Positions 9,697 to 18,741 of a stretch of 64,000 bases of DNA are shown here, piece by piece. The stretch is from positions 13,975-77,974 of the forward strand of contig CALWUO010000001.1 of the NCBI GenBank assembly GCA_944384745.1, in the 5' to 3' direction. The translations under genes and the position numbers were made by a program. Each line of letters starts with the position of its first letter. Within the stretch, counting starts at the first letter, position 1. The notes beneath the pieces were generated by a model. The model was not told the DNA's origin and did not search any database. It was given only the letters and a program-made list of their open reading frames with translations. This stretch comes from an uncultured Butyricicoccus sp. (lineage in GTDB: Bacteria > Bacillota > Clostridia > Oscillospirales > Butyricicoccaceae).

Positions 9697-11273
9697 TACA
9701 TATTACTTACAATATTAGCCATTCTATTTTTTAGTATAGTGTTTGATTTCAATACTTTATCACGTTCTACATTTGCATAATATTTTAATATTACATCAGA
9801 TGTACTATCTCCCATTATTATTTGAACACTTTTTAAATCCACACGATTTAGAAGTAATTCAGTACATACAGTATGACGAAATCTATATGGATTCATTGCC
9901 TTATAATCAATATTATACTTTTTAAGTATACGTTCATATTTCTGTTTATAATCTTCATATAACCATAAGTTTCCTTTAGGTCCTGTAAATATAAATCTAT
10001 CTGTACAGTATTCTTTACGTCTATCTATGAACTTTTTATCCTTTTCTACTATGCTTTTCCATCTTATAATACTCTGTAAAGTTGTATCACTTATAGCCAT
10101 ACATCGGCTATGGTAATTATTTTTAGTATTATTTTTAAGATCCTTTATTATAGGTCTAAACTTTTCAATACGCTTACAAGTATGAATATCATAATCAGAC
10201 TCTTTACCAAGTGCCTTAGAAATGTATATAGTCTTATTATCAAAATCTATATCATCCCAAGTAAGAGCAAGGGCTTCACTAGGACGCATACCACACTCAC
10301 TCATAAGGTGTACCCAACATGAAATCATAGGATTTTCCTTAACAGCATTTAAAATGTCATATATATCCTTATGGGATAAAGGTTTGATTTCACTAGCCAT
10401 TAAAGATTTTGACTTAGGCTTTTTCATATTATGCATAAAGTCAGAGGCAAAAATATTCATTGTATCATCGGCATTTTCAGAGTAGTACCTTATAAACCCA
10501 TGAATTAGGTTAAACACTTTGTTTATATAGTCTTGACTATAATATTTTGGTTGCATCTTAGAACTTTTGTTATATTTCATATTTACTAACTCATTAAAAA
10601 AATCCTCTATGATATTCTTGTTAATATCATATACCTTGATGTTTCCCAACTTATTTAATATGATTTTAGACAAATTTACATACCCAGAATATGTTCTATT
10701 TGTAATGTTACTCTCAAGGCTTTTTAAATATTTCTTATAAACATCAGAGAACAGAATATCATAATTACATTTATGTACATTTACTGTATCCAGACCAACA
10801 CTATTTACTCTAGGTTGCACATCATTATTATTCGTACCGAGATAAGCCTTATAAGCCTCCCACACTTCGACTTGGGTTTTGCCACATATGATTTTTCTAA
10901 TACGCTTACCATTCTCATTGTATCCTAAGCTTAATGCTATACACCATTTATTTCTATTACGATCATAATATGGCTTAGGCTCCTTTAATCCATTTATTAT
11001 CATTTCCTCAATCTCCTTATCACTAACATATTCAACTTCAATTGAAACAGAATTTAATACATTGGAACACTGATTTCCCCAAAAGTCAATAGGTTCATCA
11101 GTCAAGGAATTGCCACCCATAAACTTATACAAATCAATCCTCTTAATCTTATCTTTATTACTACCTATGGCAACTAAATCATTAGAGCTTATAAAATCCT
11201 TAACACTATCAACACTAACATTTAGCACAGTTGCAACCTCATCAAGTGTATAAATCTGTTTGATATTATCCAT
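9696..11273 (-). CDS. int: tyrosine recombinase/integrase with an N-terminal excisionase-like HTH
   Basis: C-terminal catalytic signature (MRPSEALALTWDDIDF, RFRHTVCT, LKYYANV); N-terminal HTH LDEVATVLNVSVDSVKDFI; start set at the ATG after GAGGTG. Confidence 0.85.
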   Translation of the reverse strand: MDNIKQIYTLDEVATVLNVSVDSVKDFISSNDLVAIGSNKDKIKRIDLYKFMGGNSLTDEPIDFWGNQCSNVLNSVSIEVEYVSDKEIEEMIINGLKEPKPYYDRNRNKWCIALSLGYNENGKRIRKIICGKTQVEVWEAYKAYLGTNNNDVQPRVNSVGLDTVNVHKCNYDILFSDVYKKYLKSLESNITNRTYSGYVNLSKIILNKLGNIKVYDINKNIIEDFFNELVNMKYNKSSKMQPKYYSQDYINKVFNLIHGFIRYYSENADDTMNIFASDFMHNMKKPKSKSLMASEIKPLSHKDIYDILNAVKENPMISCWVHLMSECGMRPSEALALTWDDIDFDNKTIYISKALGKESDYDIHTCKRIEKFRPIIKDLKNNTKNNYHSRCMAISDTTLQSIIRWKSIVEKDKKFIDRRKEYCTDRFIFTGPKGNLWLYEDYKQKYERILKKYNIDYKAMNPYRFRHTVCTELLLNRVDLKSVQIIMGDSTSDVILKYYANVERDKVLKSNTILKNRMANIVSNM

Positions 11274-11869
11274 TAACAGCACCTCACATTTTTAAATTTA
11301 TATACCTTATATAAAAATGCTCTAAATAATGCTGTACTCAAAATTGATATACACTATACAATTTTATATGCTATAATTCTAAAATTTCCCTAAAACTAAA
11401 TTTCTTTTCCTATCCACCATTCTTAAAACATTGGTCTGTTCAATATACCAAAACATTGGACATACCTTTATTTTTTTCAAAATCCTTATTTTAACCCCAT
11501 ATTTTCAAAATATCTAATCAAATGGTCAATAAAAAACCTATCTTTGTAAAATTAAATTCCTTATCATGAAATAAATAAACCATAAAACCATTTTTTAATA
11601 CAACTAATCTATCTCATATGTATATATCTATCATGACCTTAATACTTTTCATATGATTGGTTTACCTACAATGAATAGGGGAGAGGTACTTTAACTACAA
11701 TATCCATGTTATATGCTTTTATAAACTAGTCAACTATTTGATATCAAATATATATTTAATATTTAATCTACAATCTTATACAAATATGACTAATAAACAG
11801 TATTAGTCTATAACTCTTACAGACTACAATTTTTACAACTAGTCTAACAAATGTATATAATAATCACAT

Positions 11870-11909
11870 AAGCAATAATAAGGCAGATGCATACGAATAC
11901 ATCTGCCTT
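11870..11909 (-). terminator. terminator after the 251-aa gene
   Basis: 10-bp stem AAGGCAGATG/CATCTGCCTT with a 10-nt loop and a T-rich tail on the minus strand, directly downstream of the stop at 11924. Confidence 0.65.
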
Positions 11910-11923
11910 TGTAAATTTAAGTA

Positions 11924-12679
11924 TCAAAATAGTTTTGTCACCTTTGAAACCTGACCATTTGATATCTCTAACTCATACTCTAAATAACAATCATCCTCAG
12001 CCTCTAAATCATAAAGATTACATAAACAGTTTTGTGTATTACGATATGTATCATGAGCTATCATAAATGTATATCCAACTGTATTCTCTGATATAGTTAG
12101 ATATATTTTCTTATTTTGATATCTAGCAATATCATTCATATCTTCCCAAAATACTTTAGATGCATAATTGCCATTAGGGTTATTCATCATAAACATCATG
12201 CATACAAGTAAGTCATCTTTTTCACACAAGTAATTGAAATAGTACATCAGTCTCTCATGTTGCTTTATAAACTCATTTGTATCATAAGAGTGTTTACGGT
12301 TTGACTTCTCATCATTATAGATAGTGTTTAAGTATTTATACACTTTACTAACACTGAAAAATCTATTTAGATATTCTGCTACAGACTCTGAATTGCAAAA
12401 ATCTACACCATAGTTCCAGTTAAACCATAATGCATAATAATTACAACGTAACACTGGTTCTACAATCTCTTTTATAACTTTAACAATATTCTGTGAAGTC
12501 ATAAAATGTAGTTTTCCACTTTCATCTACACTTGCATTTATTAACACTATCTCTTTATTATTAACCTTACTAACTAAATCATCCTTAGATATACTAGTCA
12601 ACCCATCGATATCCCTTACCTTAATATCTGACCAATTCTCATTAGTAATCTTTACCTGTTCTATATAAGCTAAACGCAT
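11924..12679 (-). CDS. hypothetical protein, 251 aa, no recognisable motif
   Basis: Long ORF in AT-rich DNA; last gene of a tightly packed three-gene unit; AAAGGAG upstream. Confidence 0.6.
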   Translation of the reverse strand: MRLAYIEQVKITNENWSDIKVRDIDGLTSISKDDLVSKVNNKEIVLINASVDESGKLHFMTSQNIVKVIKEIVEPVLRCNYYALWFNWNYGVDFCNSESVAEYLNRFFSVSKVYKYLNTIYNDEKSNRKHSYDTNEFIKQHERLMYYFNYLCEKDDLLVCMMFMMNNPNGNYASKVFWEDMNDIARYQNKKIYLTISENTVGYTFMIAHDTYRNTQNCLCNLYDLEAEDDCYLEYELEISNGQVSKVTKLF

Positions 12680-12701
12680 ATATGTATCACACTCCTTTAA
12701 T

Positions 12702-13121
12702 TTATTTCTTCTTAGATTTATATCTGTTTTTAAGTGATTTCATGTACTTTATATAAGCACACTTAATCTCTTGAATTAGATTACTATTGATACTAGAATT
12801 AACACCGCTAAACAACCTAACTTTTACAACCTCAATACCAGTATCTGACTGATAAATATAACATAGGTTATTATCATCAGTATAATCACTAAAGCTAGTA
12901 TCATTACTTGACTTAACTGCCCTTACATTTATACAAGGGTTTGAAACTAACCTTAAATACTTGTTATATGAGCCTATTAAGGCATCTACTAACATGGAGT
13001 TTAACTCTATAGGAGCACCCCTTGCAAATTTTAATAACATAGCCTCCTCATTACTACCTATAAACTGTAATGAACTAGCATTGTTACCAATAGACACCTC
13101 ATGTACAGATAGATTGCTCAT
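12702..13121 (-). CDS. hypothetical protein, 139 aa, basic C-terminal tail
   Basis: AAGGAGG SD; its ATG overlaps the upstream stop (ATGA), indicating translational coupling. Confidence 0.6.
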   Translation of the reverse strand: MSNLSVHEVSIGNNASSLQFIGSNEEAMLLKFARGAPIELNSMLVDALIGSYNKYLRLVSNPCINVRAVKSSNDTSFSDYTDDNNLCYIYQSDTGIEVVKVRLFSGVNSSINSNLIQEIKCAYIKYMKSLKNRYKSKKK

Positions 13122-13315
13122 CTAAATCCTCCTTTCTTAACTATGTCATTTACAGCGGAATTGATAGCATCTGATACATTATTCCTCTTTAAAGCATCTA
13201 ATAGATACTCCACACTACAACTATCACCAGTAATCTCTTGCTTTAGAGTAGCACTGTGCAATTGACCAGTAATATCATCAGTAACACTGAACCCGTTAAT
13301 TAACTCAATACGCAT
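13118..13315 (-). CDS. hypothetical small protein, 65 aa
   Basis: AAGGAGG SD 9 nt upstream; its stop overlaps the start of the next gene (ATGA). Confidence 0.5.
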   Translation of the reverse strand: MRIELINGFSVTDDITGQLHSATLKQEITGDSCSVEYLLDALKRNNVSDAINSAVNDIVKKGGFR

Positions 13316-13524
13316 AATAATTTTGAACCTCCTTGAAAATCAATTCTCTGATAAATCTATTTATCTTTTTTTAATTTATACATTATATATTTTAATGTCG
13401 TTTTTCACGTCCAACATATAAATTGAACGCTCTATACCTTTTAACTATATACCTATTCTATATAGGCAAAAAAATAACACCCTCCAAACTAGAGAATGTC
13501 TTACCAATAAACCTATTTTCAATT

Positions 13525-15429
13525 TTAATTATTATCCTTACCATCAGCTTGATTCTCCTTTACTTCCTCCCATGTCTTATAACCCTCAGCCTCACCATCA
13601 GTTTCATCTAGTACTAGTACCCATTCTACCATATTATAAGACTCACCATCTAATTCCTCATCTTTTACCTCATATGTATCAAATATTGATATCTTATCAG
13701 TTACTACCTCACTTGGCTCCTCAGCATCCTCACTATCATAATACATCTTTGTTACTGTTGTATCCCTATCCTCTTGTACTATTGTTATATCTGGTGGATC
13801 ATCTCCAGGAGGTGGATTATCAGGAGGTCCAGGTATACCTATATCTATATCTGATTTTACATATAAAAACACAGCCTGTAAACTATCTATACCATTACCA
13901 AAACTAGCAGTTAAACCACCATCTGTATCTTGCTCTATATGCCTTAACTTTGAAAGCCCAGACACAGCTTGGTTTGATAATACCGTTGTTGCAAAATTCT
14001 GTGATGTATGCCATTCTTTTACCTTTTCCTCACTTAAATCTGCTATACCAGTATGATTTTTTAATTGCTCAGTTATATTAGCCGCACCATTTATATCATA
14101 AAACCCTAAACTATTATTCTTTATATCTAAATTACCTGCAACTACCTCTTTATTCGTCATATACCCAGATACTAATTGATACCCACCATCATCAGCCTTT
14201 GCAGTATATTCCGTATTTGTATTACTTATTTTCTTTGCATTATCTGCCTTCCTTGCAAATATCTCCCCATACTCATACATTAAATCATAGGTTGTTATCT
14301 GATTACCCTCACTATCTACTACTTTAGCAGTTTTCTCTCCAGTTTTCTCATCAGTCTCATACTCTATTTTTAAACCTACACTAGTAAAATCACCCTCATC
14401 TAAATCATAATAATAATTTACTACTGGTATTGGCTCTATATCACTCCACCACATAAAAGCACCTATACCATATGAACTCCTCATCTTCCAATGGTTAGCC
14501 TCATTCCTTACATAAGAATTTGACATCTCACCATACACTGGTTCTACATATGATAGCCCTAATTGTGAATAATTCATACCAGGCTCTAACACTACTGATT
14601 GAGCTAAATGTGCTATTACTGATGGTGCTTTACTTAATACATTAGTTAAATTAGTCCAGTTTAATACGTCACGCAATGTCATAGCCGTATATGTTCCACC
14701 TATTTCCATATAAATACCAGGCTCTACTGTTAATAGATATGTACCATTCAGCTGCATTCCTGAATTTGTTGTATAAATACCAGATTGTAATTGCCATACC
14801 TGTAAACTACCTATCCCAGGTGTTCCATCTGCTATACCTTTTGACGCTTTAAATATCCATAACATATGGTTTAATACTGATTGTTGACTAAAAAATGTCT
14901 TAACATCAGTTGTACTATTCTTTGTACTACCAACTGGTCTTGGGAACTGCATATATCCTCCACTATCCCTCTCAAACCAGTCTGTTCCTAACCATACTTT
15001 TGCTGGATCACTTGTACCATAATGGTCACCACACCACATTCTATTTGTGTTACCATTTTTGCTATAATCTATTGCATTTGCATAATCTGAACTCCATAAT
15101 GGATTACCACCTACACTACCAGCACCCTCATAAACCCAATCAAAGGTTCCTATTCTTATAATATCTGGACTTGACCAATCTGCCCCATCTATTCCTACTC
15201 CAGTTGTTCCAGACGATGCTTTTGGTGCCCAGTATAAACTTACCCTTAAAAACTGTCTATTCTGGCTCCAAGTATAACCCCCTAAAGCTCCCGTACTACC
15301 AGCACTACCTCCCGGATTTGCCCATGCCATTCCAGCTCCAAATGCAGTAGTCATGTTTGAAAATACCATCACTAAGGCTAATATAAAACTCATTAACCTT
15401 AACCTTATAAATTTACTTCTTTTATGCAT
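13525..15429 (-). CDS. secreted protein of unknown function, 634 aa from MHKRSKF, with a Pro-rich linker and an acidic C-terminal domain
   Basis: Signal-peptide-like N-terminus (KRSKFIRLRLMSFILALVMVFSNMTTAFGAG); PGPPDNPPPGDDPPD linker; AAAGGAGGT SD 6 nt before this ATG. Confidence 0.7.
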   Translation of the reverse strand: MHKRSKFIRLRLMSFILALVMVFSNMTTAFGAGMAWANPGGSAGSTGALGGYTWSQNRQFLRVSLYWAPKASSGTTGVGIDGADWSSPDIIRIGTFDWVYEGAGSVGGNPLWSSDYANAIDYSKNGNTNRMWCGDHYGTSDPAKVWLGTDWFERDSGGYMQFPRPVGSTKNSTTDVKTFFSQQSVLNHMLWIFKASKGIADGTPGIGSLQVWQLQSGIYTTNSGMQLNGTYLLTVEPGIYMEIGGTYTAMTLRDVLNWTNLTNVLSKAPSVIAHLAQSVVLEPGMNYSQLGLSYVEPVYGEMSNSYVRNEANHWKMRSSYGIGAFMWWSDIEPIPVVNYYYDLDEGDFTSVGLKIEYETDEKTGEKTAKVVDSEGNQITTYDLMYEYGEIFARKADNAKKISNTNTEYTAKADDGGYQLVSGYMTNKEVVAGNLDIKNNSLGFYDINGAANITEQLKNHTGIADLSEEKVKEWHTSQNFATTVLSNQAVSGLSKLRHIEQDTDGGLTASFGNGIDSLQAVFLYVKSDIDIGIPGPPDNPPPGDDPPDITIVQEDRDTTVTKMYYDSEDAEEPSEVVTDKISIFDTYEVKDEELDGESYNMVEWVLVLDETDGEAEGYKTWEEVKENQADGKDNN

Positions 15430-15464
15430 TCTTTTACCTCCTTTTAGTCTCCTATTTTTATACC

Positions 15465-15542
15465 TCAATAAACCTCTATAGGATGACCTCTTGGAGTACT
15501 TGCTATGCATATGTCACTAGGATGACCTCTAGGAGTGTTCAT
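15465..15542 (-). CDS. candidate 25-aa leader/mini-ORF MNTPRGHPSDICIASTPRGHPIEVY
   Basis: AAGGAGGTGAT SD 7 nt upstream of the ATG; internal duplication TPRGHP encoded by a 20-nt direct repeat; ends 35 nt before the 634-aa gene. Confidence 0.35.
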   Translation of the reverse strand: MNTPRGHPSDICIASTPRGHPIEVY

Positions 15543-15609
15543 TTAAAATCACCTCCTTAATCTCTATTTAATTTTATATTTTATATATAAAAATGATTAT
15601 CTATTAAAC

Positions 15610-15649
15610 TTAGTTAAATAAAGAGATGATTACTATAAATCACCTCTTT
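15610..15649 (-). terminator. terminator after the island SLH gene
   Basis: 11-bp stem; the single non-Watson-Crick pair is G-U only in the minus-strand RNA; followed by CUCUUUAUUU. Confidence 0.55.
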
Positions 15650-15658
15650 ATCATTCTA

Positions 15659-16915
15659 TCATGGTATTACATTCTCTGGTGTTGCTAATGCTACCCATTG
15701 CCAACAACCATGGTCATATGCAAAGAATACATTATCGTCTCCCTTTTTACCTGTTGTTATATTACCGTGTATATCTGCAACTGTTCCCTCAGCTGGATTT
15801 GGCATTTCAGCTTGTAACTTTCTCATACCTGCACCTTGAATTAAATTCCACTCTGTTTCCCAGAATATATAACCCTTATATTCTGTATATTGACCTTGCA
15901 TATTATCATAACCATCTGGATCTGCCAATGAACCAACTTGAATAGTTGCTCCATTTGTTGGATATTTTAACCCTAAATAAATTCCACCTTTTTGTCCATT
16001 ACCTAATCCTAATACTCCAGTCTCAGGGTCACGCTCAACTTTTACTCCATTTATTATATCTCCCTCTTTCGGATAAACTATTCCAGACATACCTACATTA
16101 CTTCCATCTGGCAATGGTGAAACACCAATATTTTCCTCCGGTGCTGTTACTACTACCTCTTGTCTCTTACTAGCATCTACTAACCTCTGCATTACACAAG
16201 CCGCCTCTGCTCTTGTTGATAAATTACTTGGCTTATAATTACCTTGGGTATCCATTCCCACTAAGATACCATTACTATACGCTTTTACTATTGATGTCTT
16301 AAATTGAGAATTCGATACCGCACTACTATAATCTCCTATTACTCCCTCTATACCATCTTTTATCTTAAATTGCTCTGTTCCTAAACTCTCAGCTATTGTC
16401 ATCAATATAAATGCCATCTCACCTCTATCAGCCGGCTTTTTCCACTCTGATAATTCATCTCCCCATAAACTTGATATTGATGTGAAATATTGAGACGCTA
16501 CTATCGTTTCATTACTCCAGTTATCTCCATACTCACTCTCCATATCCTCTAAACTAAATAAACTACTATCATTAAACTTTGCCTTTAATGACATCTCATT
16601 TGCTAACTCATTTACTTTATCCTCTCCACCAAATGCCCTTATAGCCATTGCCACAAACTCTTGACGTGTTACATTTGACTTAGGGGCAAACATTCCATTT
16701 CCTACACCATTTAATATACCTTGTGATGCCATACTATTGATTGCATCTTCCGCCCATGAATAACCACTTAAATCTGTAAATGTTGTATCCGCATACACAC
16801 TCTTAGATGCAGATACTAAATCTAGTGATTTATATGAGGCATAGGCTGTTGTACCTATTGCCATACTTGCAATCAATGTTGATGTGACTAATGCTTTTCC
16901 AATATTGGTTTTCAT
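15659..16915 (-). CDS. S-layer-homology (SLH) domain cell-surface protein with an unknown C-terminal domain
   Basis: Signal peptide; SLH repeats (FTDLSGYSWAEDAINSMASQGILNGVGNGMFAPKSNVTRQEF and SNGILVGMDTQGNYKPSNLSTRAEAA); AGGAGG SD. Confidence 0.8.
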   Translation of the reverse strand: MKTNIGKALVTSTLIASMAIGTTAYASYKSLDLVSASKSVYADTTFTDLSGYSWAEDAINSMASQGILNGVGNGMFAPKSNVTRQEFVAMAIRAFGGEDKVNELANEMSLKAKFNDSSLFSLEDMESEYGDNWSNETIVASQYFTSISSLWGDELSEWKKPADRGEMAFILMTIAESLGTEQFKIKDGIEGVIGDYSSAVSNSQFKTSIVKAYSNGILVGMDTQGNYKPSNLSTRAEAACVMQRLVDASKRQEVVVTAPEENIGVSPLPDGSNVGMSGIVYPKEGDIINGVKVERDPETGVLGLGNGQKGGIYLGLKYPTNGATIQVGSLADPDGYDNMQGQYTEYKGYIFWETEWNLIQGAGMRKLQAEMPNPAEGTVADIHGNITTGKKGDDNVFFAYDHGCWQWVALATPENVIP

Positions 16916-17155
16916 ATTTTTTATCCTCCTATTAAACAGTTGCTAATATATAGCAATTTCATGTCTAATTATATTGCTTATGGCATAATAAGGCAATAGT
17001 TTATTTCATATTATCTTCATCATCTTTAACCTTCATCACTTTGGGTCTACACTTCTTATATCTATAACTTCAGGCTGGCAGATATCTATACAATATAGGA
17101 CTCATTCTATGTATCTAAATAAATCTATCTATTCTCTTATCATTTTATCTAGTGG

Positions 17156-17237
17156 GTGGGGTAGGGGAGAACAGGCTCAATAAACCCTATAAACCCTATA
17201 CTCAATTTAACCCTATAAGCCTTATAAACTACCCCAC
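17156..17237. repeat. 9-bp GC-rich inverted repeat (GTGGGGTAG / CTACCCCAC) enclosing 64 bp that contain AAACCCTAT-type direct repeats
   Basis: Arms at 17156-17164 and 17229-17237; AAACCCTAT at 17182 and 17191, AACCCTATA at 17209, degenerate copy at 17218. Confidence 0.6.
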
Positions 17238-17248
17238 AATATTAAATC

Positions 17249-17812
17249 TTATTTATTATCAATCGACTTATTATATTTACTTGCACGTCTATAATATGTA
17301 GAACGACTAACTCCTAATAACTTAGCGGCTTGTTCAGCTGTAATCATACTATTAGCTTGCTTGTAATAAATCTCCTCAAAGTCATCTAATTTCTTAGGTT
17401 TACGTCCTTTATATTTTCCATTTTGTTTAGCAATCCTTATACCTTGCCTTTGACGTTCTAATATCTGTTTCCTCTCCAGTTCAGACAAAGACGCTAATAC
17501 ACTTATAAAAAAATCACCATAAACATCACTTGTATTGAATTGTGGTGACAAACATATAAACTTAGCATTCACACTCTTTATCTTTGAAATAATATTTAAT
17601 ATATCATTTGTATTCCTACCTAATCGGTCTATACTTAAAACCGTAACCGTATCATTCTCCCTTAATTTATCAAGCATTCGTTTTAACTCTGGTCTATCAG
17701 TATTCTTACCAGATGCCTTATCTGCAAATACTTCATCATAACTACTACCAACTTCTAATTGGCGAGCATCATTCTGTTCCTCAGTGCTAACTCTTGAATA
17801 AAAAAAGTTCAT
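17249..17812 (-). CDS. small serine recombinase (resolvase/invertase family)
   Basis: N-terminal YSRVSTEEQ catalytic-serine motif, SIDRLGRN, C-terminal HTH (AEQAAKLLGVSRSTYYR); AGGAGG SD before MNFFYSRVST. Confidence 0.85.
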   Translation of the reverse strand: MNFFYSRVSTEEQNDARQLEVGSSYDEVFADKASGKNTDRPELKRMLDKLRENDTVTVLSIDRLGRNTNDILNIISKIKSVNAKFICLSPQFNTSDVYGDFFISVLASLSELERKQILERQRQGIRIAKQNGKYKGRKPKKLDDFEEIYYKQANSMITAEQAAKLLGVSRSTYYRRASKYNKSIDNK

Positions 17813-17990
17813 AAACTTTAACCTCCTAATTTTATATTTAATCTGTACCATTAGACTATACTCAAATGACAGTCCCATTTAAAGACATATATGAGCATAA
17901 AATCCTAGACTTTTAACTCCAATTTCATACTTATTATAATTTAAATGAGAATTTCCTATTTGACTAGTCCTAAAATTAAATTTTAATTCC

Positions 17991-18593
17991 TTATGACTCA
18001 ATATGCTCCAAGGTATTCAAACAATCTCCACAAATCAAATTTACCTCTTTAGTTGCCCTAACACTTATACCACATACTGGACATTTATACTTCCTAGTAC
18101 TTGATTTTTTCTTTGGTAGGGTAGGGGAGGTATTATTATTACATCTATGGTGTTCTATGGACTTATCCATAAATCCATATTTACATAGTGTCTTAATAAA
18201 CTTATCACTAGGCATTGTTTTACTATATCCAATATACTTAGCATACTCAATCAATAAATCACGTTTTTCCGCCTCAACTTTAAAATTCTTATTATGATAA
18301 CGTCCACTTTTTGATGTATCAGCTATGTTATTTATTATGCAATATAAATGAACCATTTCATGTTGAAGTGTTGCAAATACTTGTTCTATTGGTCTATTTA
18401 AGTACTCAGCACTTATATTTATCTCATAAAAACTATTATTATCATCAGTCCATACTTTAGTTGATGTAATATACCCATAAGCCTTAGAGTTTGACTGTAT
18501 TGTTATAACTGCCTTTGGTAATTTATTTTCATAATAAACACTGTTTAATACATCAAATGCATTTTCCAAAATATGTTGATACTCGGAAATCAT
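17991..18593 (-). CDS. SprT-like zinc metalloprotease domain protein with a C-terminal zinc ribbon
   Basis: HEMVHLY (HExxH) motif; CPVCG...CGDC ribbon; AAAGGAGG SD before MISEYQ. Confidence 0.7.
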   Translation of the reverse strand: MISEYQHILENAFDVLNSVYYENKLPKAVITIQSNSKAYGYITSTKVWTDDNNSFYEINISAEYLNRPIEQVFATLQHEMVHLYCIINNIADTSKSGRYHNKNFKVEAEKRDLLIEYAKYIGYSKTMPSDKFIKTLCKYGFMDKSIEHHRCNNNTSPTLPKKKSSTRKYKCPVCGISVRATKEVNLICGDCLNTLEHIES

Positions 18594-18661
18594 TTCAAAA
18601 CCTCCTTTCACATCTATATACAAAATATGTTCTATTTACTAGCACTATATTTTTAAACATA

Positions 18662-18700
18662 TGCCTAAAGAAAGAGGTCACAGCTTATACCATGACCTCT
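18662..18700 (-). terminator. hairpin with a U-rich tail closing repeat module copy 1
   Basis: 8-bp stem AGAGGTCA/TGACCTCT followed on the minus strand by CTTTCTTT. Confidence 0.45.
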
Positions 18701-18741
18701 ATAATATCTAATGATTTAATTGCTAGTTATATCTGTTCCAT

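Noticed and set aside
13572-16173. Plus-strand His/Leu/Tyr/Pro-rich ORFs (13572-13907, 14910-15161, 15661-15945, 15946-16173) antisense to the island surface-protein genes
   Set aside because: They are mirror frames of AT-rich coding sequence. They have no ribosome-binding sites and biased, repetitive composition.
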